NCBI RefSeq assembly: GCF_964355755.1
Contig: NC_092680.1
Coordinates: forward strand, 13,711,045 to 13,775,044
From: Antedon mediterranea
Lineage: Eukaryota; Animalia; Echinodermata
Direction of reading: 5' to 3'
DNA: 64,000 nt
In this document: positions 27,276-39,500 of the stretch, in pieces
Numbering within the stretch: the first letter of the stretch is position 1
Layout of the letters: each line of letters opens with the position of its first letter
Program-made: the position numbers and the translations under genes
The notes under the pieces: model-generated
Told to the model about the DNA's origin: nothing
The model's database searches: none
Seen by the model: only the letters and a program-made list of their open reading frames with translations

Positions 27276-28293
27276 GGGTGTCACGAAACCTAAGACCACG
27301 AAAGCTAAGACCCCCTAAGACCTAAGATCACGAAAGCTAAGACCCAAGACCTAAGATTACAAATATTTATCTTTCGCACCTGCCTTGTATTTTAACTCCC
27401 AACATTTATTCTGAATACCACACCTTAGAATTGGCACTTTCATGAAAAAGAATCACATAAAAAGCAACAAATACATTTTTAAATTGATGATTTTACAAAC
27501 GTTTTTCTCGCACACAAAATGACTAGCCTACAGTACAGTAGGCCTACCCCATGTTCAATGTTTTTGTTTCTATGGAACGTCAAAAGAGCAAAAATTATAT
27601 AGAGGGCTGAAAACTCTGTGGAGTCCATCTACAGTGTGGATGGAACAATGTAAAATTCAAATTGAAATGATAATAGTATAATCATGCAAGTACGAAGAAA
27701 TAAATACTGGCAAATAAATTTTAATTTAAAAATCATAAGTTTTTTTGTTTCTTTTTCTTATTATTGTTGCTCTTTTGGCGCTCCATAGAAACAAAAACAT
27801 TGAGCATGGGGAGCTCGAGGAGTTACAGTATACAAACAAAGAAACACGTCTGTTAAATAATCAATTTAAAAGATTTATTTATTTGTTTTTATGTGTTTCT
27901 CCTTCTGAAAGTACTTATAAGTCCTAATTTTAAGGTGTGGTATTTAGGATAAAGTTAGTCAACAAATTTGGAGTCAAAATACAAGAAAGGCAGGTGCGTA
28001 AGAAAAACATCCTCTGAACCAACACAATGGAGTAAATATATACCAACAAACAACCTGTCAAGTTTGTTTGTTGTAAAGAAAAAATATACATTTACTCAAC
28101 GGGCGAAAATAATGTGAGTTTAATCTATGTTTTGCGGTAGTATTAAATTATATTTATGGTAATAAATGAAACCTACTGTGTTTAAAATTATGTATGGATA
28201 AACAAGTATTGTTTTTAAGCTGTAGTATATCTTAGAATTTGTAATCTTAGGTCTTGGGTCTTAGCTTTCGTGATCTTAGGTCTTAGGGGGTCA
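27276..28293. mobile_element. MULE-like MITE with (CTAAGACC)n subterminal repeats
   Basis: GGGTGTCACGAAACCTAAGACC terminus; 10-bp direct repeat ATTGTTTTAT on both flanks; right tip partly deleted. Second copy at 61735. Confidence 0.7.
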
Positions 28294-28597
28294 ATTGTTT
28301 TATATTTATGAAATATCATCATATTGTCTACATCATATTGTCTACATATACTCCCGAAAATAGCCAATTGGGGAGAGGGGATGGGGGGTCGGACCCTTCC
28401 CATATGATCTCTCATCCCTATACCCCTCTCCTCACTGGCACCACCAATGTTGTAATATATTGTTATAACAGTAGTACAAATGTAAATGAACTGATAAAAT
28501 TAGACACCGTAATCCTATGCATTAAGCATAGGAAGGACTGCGTTTTATATATTATAACAATTATATTATAACAATAGGGATATCTAGATATCTTTAA

Positions 28598-29145
28598 AGA
28601 TGTATTGTCCCTTTGACTAATTTAAAAAAAATAAAAAATAAAAGATTTGGAAAAAAGGTGGGTCATTTTGAAGTATCATAATAGTTATTAACTATCACCA
28701 AAAATTTTTCGAAAAAAAAAAAATTTAACTGAAATACAGACGTTTTTTTGTTAAAAAAATAACTTTGACTTCCAGTCAAAGTTTTCAATCAAAACATATC
28801 CCATAATGAAACGCGCTTGTTTGGCTACTCTGTATGCATAATCATAAAACTTCCTCATGATCTGTGTGAAAATACCTTCTTAACCGTGACGGGTTGTAAA
28901 CAATCTTAATTTAGCATATGCATAATGCGTACTCATGGTTTGAAATCTTTGTTTACTTTCGCTCGTGACGATTTTCCAGATGAAATGTAATCAAACTAAT
29001 TTACCTGTTAATTACGTAAACTTGTTGTTTTTTGCTCAAATTTTCGACTTAAAGTGAATAACTTTAATATTACTTTGATATGGCCACTTTAAATTTAGGA
29101 TATTTTTGACCTTCATTTTTTTGTGTTTCAAGGGACAATACATCT
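28598..29145. mobile_element. Kolobok-type MITE (TTAA target)
   Basis: TIR AGATGTATTGTCCCTT preceded by TTAA; same family as 53604-54159. Confidence 0.75.
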
Positions 29146-29543
29146 GGCTGCTGAATGGCTGCAAAACATTTGTTTTGCAGCCATTTTCTAATTAACAGCA
29201 CTTAAAATAATGTGTAGGCCTATATTGTAGTTTAGATCTTCGAAACTGTAAAGAAATATAAAAATCATTGTAAAAACCGCTATAAAGTGGTAATTAGATC
29301 TACTATTTATGTTTGTTTGTCCTTTTTTAGGCATTTTCGCCATTGGCGGCCATTTTGTTTAAAAAAAACCTATTTCCCCTACCTGGATTTTTCTAGACTT
29401 TTAATATGTTCATATAGGGACCTTATAGAAATGCATTGTGGTGAAATAAATTCTGTTGCAATTTTTTCAACCATATTTCATAGTTTTCCTGTACTACTCT
29501 ATTTTTTCGAATGGAATAGCCCGCTAAAAAGGCCAGTACCCAC

Positions 29544-32500
29544 GGGTGTGTCGAAAGCGAAGACCTCGAAAGCGAAGATCGAAGACCGAAGACCTCGAAA
29601 GCGAAGACCCTACGAAATGGTAGTGTGCACAAAATTCGACCAAAATCGATGATAACACCTTGAATTTACAGATTCTAAAAAAATATTTCGATTTTAATCG
29701 TTATGTTATCAAAAAACATGACTTTATCTATGAACAAGCTCACGTGTTTTCGCCAATGGAGTTAATATGTGATATAGTTTTACGAACAAACACATCGCGC
29801 TATTTGCAAGGCGACGGACACACAAGAAGGACCTCGAATTGAATGCAATATTAAATGTCACTTTTTCCGATAACTTTGTATTGTAGCACACGTCGCCTAC
29901 AATTTAAAGCCATAGCCAACTGTATAGAAAAGTATAGAAATAAACTACAGTAAAGTAAATAAATTAAAGTAAGTAAATTGTAAGAAGTAAAGGATGGCCA
30001 TATGCTTATTTAGCCTAATTTTAGAGCCTATAGGCCTATAAAAAGTGTCCGTATCATAGATTTTACACTTGTTTTTAAAAATGTTATACGTACGCGTGAA
30101 TACAACTTAGAGATCCTTTTTTTTGCATTTAAATATTATTATGTTGATGTATGTTTATTATCTATAATATTTGCCTATTGTCTAAATGTATGAATAAATA
30201 CAATAAGATATTTATTTTCCTTTAGTTATTCTGTATAGTATTTTAAACTTGTACATTTTCCCCATTGTAGCCAATACTACAGTATTACTGATTTAATTAT
30301 TCGCCAGTTTAAAAATGTTTTTCTAATGTATTCATAATGGAAAAATAATATTATCAGTATCGGTTAGTGTGGTTGGCGAAGCGACAGTACTATGTAAAGA
30401 AGAAAAATGTAAAATAAATATTTCATTAACCAACGTATGAACTACTAAACGAAAACATCCTACCGCAACGTATCGTATTGGCGCGCGCGCAACATAAGAA
30501 AATACTCTTCTATCTATTTTTGCATCCCCTCTTACGATCGAGAATCATGATGAACGTAAAGCAGTCGGTGTTGAACACGTCGGTTCCCACTTATGATGAC
30601 ACGCAAGTTTGTTCTTAAGGCGCACTTTGCGTCGATCTGGAAACTAATTCCAGCTCTTAAAATATTTCCCGGGCCAAATTTGGCAGAATATATTCAAATT
30701 ATGATTTGACAAGAAGTAAAAAGAACGAACGATATAGGCATCAGCGTTCTGCAAATTTTGGTTATAAATCGGTCGTTTCCTGCGACATATCATCTGTTTC
30801 ACGGCTTCCATAATTCCGAATAATTATGGCATTATGTCAACGTTCACAAAGACAAAAGCCATTCAAAACAAAGATTGAAATAAAAAATATTCCCTCCAAA
30901 ATTACAAGTTACGGTTGCAATGTGATTAGTGACGATAGTGTGTTCACGTTTAATTTATTTTTTAATATTAAAACGGGTGTTTATTCATATCGGTATTACG
31001 TTTACCGACACTGTCAAAAGATTAGTTTAATGAAGTTCCAGTCCCGCCAACCACAATTTTCCTCATCATCAAATAAAAAACTGACTTTTGTTTTCAAGCA
31101 TTGCCCGTGGTGAATACAAAAAGAGATACTCTCTATAAATCTTTATTAAGTGATGGTGAATGTTTATCGGGCTTAACCACTCTAACCCCCAACCTTCTAT
31201 CTCACAGGCTTGTGGTTGAGACGACTATTCAACAGTCTCCCGATTTTCAACAGATTGTCGACGTCCCGCTTCTAAATGTTTGCATCCCTGCCATGAGTGT
31301 CCATTAACAAAAGAAAACATAAAATTTTAATTAAGAAACAGGTTACCGGTTGTTGACCATTTAAATATAGAATTGACACTAATACAAACAAATCTAACAG
31401 AATTATACTATTATAACGGGTTAACGATCAAGAAAAATGTTCAGAGTGTGATGTCTATCGTTCGTTCTACAGTATTAGCCTTCCCTTTTGTCAAATCATA
31501 ATTTGAATACAGTATTATTTTTTACTTTGACAATACAAAGATATAAAATAAAGTTCCGTTAGTTCACGGTAAGCTATTGGGACGAACTGTCATTGGCCCG
31601 GGAAATATTTTAAGAGCTGAAATTGGTTTTCAGATCGACGCAAAGTGCGCCGTAAGAAAATAACGTTGCGTGTCATCACAAGTGGGAACCGATGTGTTCA
31701 ACACCATTTCTGCTTTATTACGTTCTTCATGATTCTCGATCGTAAGAGGGGATGCAAAATAGATAGAAGATAGATAGATAGATTTTCTGTTGCGCGCGCC
31801 AACGATACGTTGCGGCAGATTTTTTTTTGTTTAGTGGTTCATACGTTGGTTAATGAAATATTTATTTTCCTTAAAAGGAAAATAAATATTTCATTAACCA
31901 AAAAAAATTTACATTTTTCTTTACATCATCTGTCGCTTCTCCAACCACACTAAATATTCTGATACTGATATAGGCCCTATTATTTGTCTATTATGAATAC
32001 ATTAGAAAACATTTTGAAACTGGCGATTAAGTAAAATAGCAATAGTTACAATGGGAAAATGTAAAAGTTTAAATACAATACAGGAAAATGAATATCTTAT
32101 TGTATTTATTCATACATTTAGATAATAAACAATAGGCAAATATTATAGATAAAAAACACATAGCAACATATTTAAATGCAAAAAAGATCTCTGTACCTAA
32201 CATTTAAAAGCAAGTGTAAAATCTATGTTATGATACGGACACTTTTTATAGGCCTATAGGCTCTAAAATAAACCTAAATACCGGGCCTACCGCCATCCTT
32301 TACTTCTTACAATTTACTTACTGTAGTTTATTTCTATACTTATAAACAATTGGCTATGATTTTAAATTGTTATCGGAACAAGTGACATTTCATGTGCGAG
32401 GTCCTTCTTGTGCGTCCGTCGCCTTGCAAATAGCGCGATGTGTTTGTTCGTAAAACTATATAACATATTAACTCCATTGGCGAAAACACGTGAGCTTGTT

Positions 32501-32698
32501 CATAGATAAAGTCATGATTTTTTATAATATAACGATTAAAATTGAAATATTTTTTCAGGATCTGTAAATTCAAGGTGTTATCACGATTTTGTATGATTTT
32601 GGTCGGATTTTGTGCACACTACTATTTCGTAGGGTCTTCGCTTTCGAGGTCTTCGGTCTTCGATCTTCGCTTTCGAGGTCTTCGCTTTCGACACACCC
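29544..32698. mobile_element. MULE/foldback element with ~1.2-kb inverted arms and 10-bp TSD
   Basis: GGGTGTGTCGAAAGCGAAGACC...GGTCTTCGCTTTCGACACACCC; TSD CAGTACCCAC (29534-43, 32699-708); no coding capacity seen. Confidence 0.9.
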
Positions 32699-32724
32699 CA
32701 GTACCCACCGTACCTAAAATTAAA

Positions 32725-33884
32725 CGCCGTGGTTAGGATTCCGGCACCGGAACTCAACTGCCTAGCGTTAGGGAATCCGACACGCTATTGCGCATGCCCA
32801 GAGCGAAGTAATTATAGCTTTGCACTTACCGCGCACCACCACACCACCGAGAGTCGGAGAGTGTTAGCAAAGAACTTATAACACAAGAATCTCCTGTTCG
32901 TCCGAAGCGCGTAACAATTTCGAAAGGCATTGTGGGATAGAATAGAGCTATGGGTGGCGCCATTGTGAGCCATGGAGTAGGGCGCCCGCATCAAATTAGA
33001 AAGTCAAAATCATAGAGGGGATCTGCTAATGCTCTAGGGGGGATAGAGTAATTGACTGAGGAGTAGGGCGCCCGCATCAAATTAGAAAGTCAAAATCATA
33101 GAGGGGATCTGCTAATACTCTAGAGGGGTAGAGTAATTGACTTCCTAGTTTGGAGGGGGCGCTGCTCCATGCTGTGAAATGGCGTCGCCCAGTTTGACCT
33201 TTTAACCCTGTACTTCCGATACTGTGTTTTGAATGCAAATTGAAGAACAGGAGATTCTTGTGTTATAAGTTCTTTGGTGTTAGGGATTTACTGTAGCCTA
33301 TTGCCTATATAGTTAGTCGTTGCGCGAGCGAGAGAGCGATGGATGAAACTTGGCCTAGCCTAGGCCATATGAATTAATAATTAAAATACCACTACGCCAC
33401 GCGTTGAAATAATTATTATGATATTGATAAGAATCAGCCTATCTATCTATCTAAGAATCGTAATGCTGTAATTTTATTAGACAGAGTGAATAGCGTAGCG
33501 ACCCCGACTTCCCGAACGGTTCTGTTTTTTTCACATCATATCTGCGCGGCGGCTGCCGTCAACAAATCAACTTGTATACGCATGTTATTACAGTATAATG
33601 CGTTATATGAAATCTTTTATTTTGTACTTGAAAAATCATAAAACTAGTCAGGAAGCAACCATTTTTTAAAATTACGAAATAAATAGGCCCCTGGTCACAT
33701 TTAGCTGGTAGGCATCTATCTAGGCTAGTTCGCCGTGGCGCAGCTATAATCCATCGCTGTTTATAGTCTGTAGATGGATCGAGTATAGAGTCGCCGATTA
33801 CCTCACTCTGGGCATGCGCAATCGCGTGCCGGATTCCCCAACGCTGGGCAGTTGAGTTCCGGTGCCGGAATCCTAACCACGGCG
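32725..33884. mobile_element. MULE-like MITE with 9-bp TSD
   Basis: TIR CGCCGTGGTTAGGATTCCGGCACCGGAACTCAACTGCC (~80 bp); TSD AAAATTAAA; second copy at 55358-56291 in opposite orientation. Confidence 0.9.
32868..33276. mobile_element. P-element-like MITE (CA...TG ends, 7-bp TSD) nested in the 32725 element
   Basis: 32-bp TIR CAAAGAACTTATAACACAAGAATCTCCTGTTC; TSD GTGTTAG; empty site in the paralogous host copy near 56170; internal ~86-bp tandem duplication. Confidence 0.8.
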
Positions 33885-33984
33885 AAAATTAAATGCTCGT
33901 GAACGTGATCCTAAAACACTGATAAATGATCTGGCCATTAAATTGAAGACATGTACACAATAAAGCGTTTCGTTGGGTACTTAC

Positions 33985-34090
33985 CTAAGCTTCCCTGTCC
34001 CAAAACGGTACATGTACGCCTATCAGAAAATTGTGTACACAATTTGATCAACACATTCTTTGAACATTGTACTCTGTCTCAATCACAACC
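33985..34090 (-). other. Candidate non-coding first exon of HYKK
   Basis: Consensus donor AG|GTAAGT at 33985/33984 in a short non-repeat island; the first coding exon has an acceptor at 23892-93, so an upstream exon is needed. Confidence 0.4.
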
Positions 34091-34093
34091 TCT

Positions 34094-36118
34094 CCGATGT
34101 ATGGCTTGAAATGAAATCGGTCGCGATAAAATCAACATCCGGTATTTTGTATGGAGCGCCGCTATATACGATTTTTATCATATTACTTATTAGTTACGTT
34201 TGATATCGGTCGCGTTTTATTTTGGTCGCGCTAATTTGTATGGGACCGTACGCTAGATACATTTTATGTTTTTAGTTAATTTTAAACATATAATTTCTAA
34301 TAATACTATTAACATTTTTTACCTCGATCGTTATTATTTTTAAAGTACAGTAAATATAAATATTTATCTCATTAGACCCCTATTTAGAAATCATTTGTGT
34401 TTTCATTTTATTTTTCAGGTGTAAATTAATAATTGTAAAGTGTTCGTTTAGAAAATCGTTTTTAAAAATGTTTAATTGAATGTTGTTTAAGTTGTTTAAA
34501 AGCTTGGGGTTTTGAAAATGTTGAAATAATTTAATAGTTAAACAAGTAGACGCGCCACGCCTATTGCGTATTTTTTAATCACAGAAATTACGAAACTCGT
34601 TCTATATAAGTGGATACCAGCTCAATGATGTTTATACAATAAAGGAAGATGATGCATGACGATGATTATTACGTTTGATATCCCCCACTCTGACGTGAGC
34701 ATGGTTTTAGGATAATAATAATAATAATATAGATAATATGCCGTTATAATCAGACTGATGTACAATGATATGTGAGAATAATAATGGATGGATAATAAAG
34801 GTGGACACGATTTTCAAAGAGGTATCTGCACTGAGATTTAAGCATTTATATTTACGAACGGCGTATGGATGTGAGACACTGATGTACTTAATAATTATTT
34901 ACAAATGATTATTGTAAATGAAGAAATAAAAGATATTCAAATTAAAAACTATATTATCGCCGATGTATGCGTAAATACATCGTTTCACAAAAACACGTAG
35001 GAGGCCTATGTTTCAAACGTATGGTTATTAGTAATAGGCCTATATCGTTATCTTTACCTGGACGTGGACAACGATCGTACGTCCATGATTTGACACACAC
35101 TAGTGCGTGTTTTTTTTTTAAGGGGAATCCCCGTCAGCAAAATAACGTACAGTATCTGCTGCACGATCAACGGCGCATCTCCGATATGACTTATTTCAGT
35201 AACTCGCCTTTTAACGATCCGGCCGCATATAGCCTAATAATCATTTTTACTATAAACTATTTTAAACATTGAAATAATTATATATACACGTGATTTGCCT
35301 CAACAATAATCATTAGGGCCTATTTACTTAATATTATCCTACGTAACGTACGGGCATAAATAAAATAGAAATAAAAATAAGGTGATCGAATAGTAAGTTG
35401 TATGATATATCTGCAGTATGCATATAATGAGTATAAAAATGTATGGTTTACGGGCTATATAATATACATTGTAACAATTATTGTTTTAAATTAAATTGTT
35501 CTCTTTTACGTAATTGTTTGCACAATAAAAGACACAGACGTATATTCTCTATAGAATATATTAATTACAGTACATAATAAAATAAAAGTTAAAAAAGTTA
35601 AATTATATGCCTAATAATATTTTAAACGTGTTTAGAAATGGCCATTTTTTAAAGACCCAGTCCTTCTTCGAGACCTGTGAAATAAAAAAAAAATAATGAT
35701 AATGATAATAAATATTTAACCAAATAAAAAATATCCACATAAATAATGCGTCCGTCTATGTTTTATGTCTTGACCATAAACTATGTAAACTGTCTGTTGA
35801 TGTTGAATAAATGTTGTTGTTATTATTATAATGTATTGAAAATGTGTGACTAAATTGTAAAAAAAAAGTTCCTGAAAAATATAAATTAAATCTATATAAA
35901 CATGGATTAAAGACCTTAATCCATGATATAAACGAAGAACGTGGATATCCCGCTAGCATGCATCTCGCTCCATACAAAATAGCGCGAACGATTTCAAACG
36001 CGACCGATATCATCAAACGTATAGCTCTAGCGGCGCGCCATACAAAATACCGGAAGTTGATTTTATCGCGACCGATTTCAAACGAGACCGATTTCAGACA
36101 CGATCGATTTTTCATCGC
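34094..36118. mobile_element. Degenerate TIR element (~2 kb, GCGAT terminus, probably MULE-like)
   Basis: 34110-34240 is the reverse complement of ~35965-36080 (GAAATCGGTCGCGATAAAATCAAC..CCGGTATTTTGTATGG). Confidence 0.7.
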
Positions 36119-36506
36119 AAACCAACTTCACCCATCCAAGACGACAACCCAAACCGCCTCTCCCAACTCACCGCCACCAACCCCCATTCATTCACCCCTC
36201 TCCTCATCCAGCATGCAACAGACTAATGCTATGTATTAGTAAATATTAGTAAAATAAAATAAAATAAAATAAATAAAAAACACATATTTCGCGCGTGTTT
36301 CTCCATGGAAAAAAACGTAAGAAACGTGATTGTTCCACTTGATTGCACATACAAGCAAATAAATTGACACTACTGGTAGCGATTTAACGCTTCCTGGTCC
36401 ACATCACACTGTCACGAACGTACACAGCACGAGCAAACAGGGTCAGGTACAGCTCCACAGGTGGACTGATACCGGAAAACTGCTGAGTTTGAAGCAACAA
36501 CTGAAA

Positions 36507-39500
36507 ATGTCAACGCAAGAATACATAACAATTCATCAGGGAAACTCTTCAGTTTCTGTACATCTTCATGGTAAATGTGTATAATATTATTAGCAGAAAT
36601 ATAAAATTACCTTACAGGGGCAGATCCAGGATTTTGTGAAAGGGGAAAGCGGGAAGGGGGCCGGGGAGGGGCGCACAACTAGACTGTAGAGAGTCCCCCC
36701 CCCCCCCACGTCACCAACTCTGGACACGATTTTGACAATATAACACCTCTCTAGATGGTAGGAAAAATGGCACTCTCATAAAATAATAATATACTGTAAA
36801 TATATTAAAAATTGATATTTTAAATATATATGAAAAAGGTACGTATTATTTATTAGCCTATTAAAGGTGGCCTTTTTTCCCCATAGGCTCATTTTGAGTA
36901 AAGCGTCGAACAGGGCGCTTTGCGCAAGTCAGCGTTTGGACAGCAAAAAAAGGTGCCTGTCCAGGGTCGTCGACAGGACCTGTAGCGAAGCGAACTTTCT
37001 TAAATGACGCCCCAGAGGTACTGTAGCAGGACGATTCGGTCCAGGACGATTCGGTCCAGGACAATTCGGCCCCGAGACGATTCAGCCCGGGACTATTCGG
37101 CACACTTAAATTTATTGGCTTTGATATGCATTTTATAAAATAAGCTTTTTTCTCCCAACTTTTTTTCAGGGTAGTACTACTACTAGGGTTGAAGATGCAA
37201 TAAAGCAAACATTTTGAAACATTGTCGAAAATGATAATTTTTTAGTCACGCGAATGATGTAAACAAGTTATGCCCTCTGTTGGCCGCTGGCGAATGCATG
37301 AAATAAACAAAGTTTTCGAAGAAATAAATTAAATTTAAAATTATTGAAAAAAAAAAAGAATATGAATTTGGTTTAAAGTGAGACGTTTCGGCCCACAAAG
37401 TGGGATGTTTTGACCCAAAAATAGACTGAATTGTCTCCGGGTCGAATCGTCCCGGATTCCGCCCAGATGGCCGGAAATGCTACTCTCGCACATAAAATTC
37501 ATAATAAATGGAACCTCCTCCAGGAAAAGGCACTCTCATGCAGCATGCTACCTACCAGTACCAATGAGCAAAATGATCATACTTTTCCCCTCCATGCCAA
37601 TAAACACACATCACTAATTAAAGGATGATAACATTTTGTTGCCGATTTCATTCACTCAGTATTTGTTTTGATTGTGTTGCGTTCAAGTTCAATGCGAACG
37701 TACGTCTAGGGAAAGCAAAAAGCTCAAAATTCAATGATTATTATAGCTCAATATTTTTTTAGTTGTACATCAATTTGTTGAGGAAATTAAATATATCAAT
37801 ATAAATAGGTATTGATACAGTTGAGTACATATCGGTGGGTGGCCTAGAAAAAAAAATTGGTTGCTATAATGTAAACTACAGTACACAGTTATCATAGTTA
37901 GTGACATACTATTATTAATAGAGAGGTTTCGCAATCTTACGAATACGATAACGAAAACGGATACGTCACGCACACGTATTCGTTTTCGTAAGCCATAAAA
38001 AAATCTGTTTCGCATGGCAACAAAATATTGAGGCGCGTCCAAAATATGACTGCGGTAAATTTGAGCGAAGTAAATTACTTTCAATAAATATATAATTATA
38101 TTATAATCATGAATCATTCCTAATTCAAATGCAAAATGTGCAAAATAGATCAAAAACTATACTCGTTTTGTAGTTACGAATATGACTGGTGATATTCGTC
38201 AACACGAATACGCTTTACGAATATGAAATGGGGATCAGCTGAAAAGTTTCACAAATGTATGACGTATCCGTTTTCGTTATCATATTCGTAAGGTTGCGAA
38301 ACCTCCCTATTAACATATCTATGATGATGATACACTGTACTATATAGCCACATATACTGTAGGTAACCATGGCGTTCCATTTTTTATGTTTATACACAAT
38401 AGGTAGGTCTATGTGGTTGTCTGGCGGTGTCCTTTGTACAAATTGTTCGTGCCTTAAGCCTTGTCTACACTATCAAACTTTATGTGTCAAAAAAGTTTGA
38501 TGTGCCTATATATGGTAGTGCTATGCTTAAATATGGTAGTGATATGACATCATCATGTCCAGGTCCAGGGACCAAAATGTGTTTATTTTTTAGGTGAAAA
38601 TAGGCAATTCATTCGCAACTCTTTATTTACAGACACATATCTCACGACGTTGATCATTATAACAGTAATCGGATGTCTTTTCTTTTGTTTCATCTCGGCG
38701 AGAATTACAAATGAATGGAAAAGAACAGGAAATTTTCTTTTCCTTCCAATTTTTTTTTTTTTAAATAAATGGTGGGTGTGGGGGGGGGGGGCTCTTAAAT
38801 CCGGCCCTGCAATTGTATATCGCAACTTCAATTCTTGACCCAAATGATAAATATAAATAACCTCCACCTGGCCTCCAACCCAATTACTCTGCATAAAGTA
38901 GTGCAGGATTGGCGCGGCTTAGAATCCTGTTTTCAAAAAATCCTGTATCCTATTTCCAGATTTCTAATTGTACCTGGAAGGTCACACATTTTTATTATTT
39001 TGATACAGAAATAATTTACTCTAATATATATCTGTGAATCATATTTGTTTTACCGGTATAATTACAAAAAATAGTGACACTCTTTCAACTTTTGTTCAGA
39101 CTTTTTAAATCCAAACTTTAACTATTTGAAGGAAACTTAAAAAATGTTCCTTCATTTGATACTGTAATGTGTTATTTATTAATTATCAGAAATAAAATGG
39201 AAAATTGACTAACAGCTAGGAACACATGAAATTGAATCATGATATATATCATCATTGCTTTTGTAGGTGCAACTGTGACATCATGGAAATGTGATGGACA
39301 AGAAATGCTGTTTGTCAGGTTTGCATGGTCCCTCATTTTGTAGCTTTATAACCATTGAACAAACAATACATTATACAAGTTATAATTACTTTTTTCATTT
39401 CATTTTACAGCAAAAATGCAATTTATAACAACAAAAAGGCAATAAGAGGAGGAATTCCTGTTATTTTTCGTAAGATATATTGAATTGATTTAAATTATAA

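Larger units (their letters stand above)
24692..29526. mobile_element. Academ-derived element with ~330-bp TIRs and two inverted transposase remnants; hosts several MITEs
   Basis: 24692-25020 is the reverse complement of ~29170-29517; right terminus reads TAGCGGGCTATTCC on the - strand; left tip missing. Confidence 0.8.

Noticed and set aside
17863-32573. Paired similar short ORFs (17863/21645, 24548/29287, 29660/32370)
   Set aside because: Translations of opposite TIR arms, not genes.
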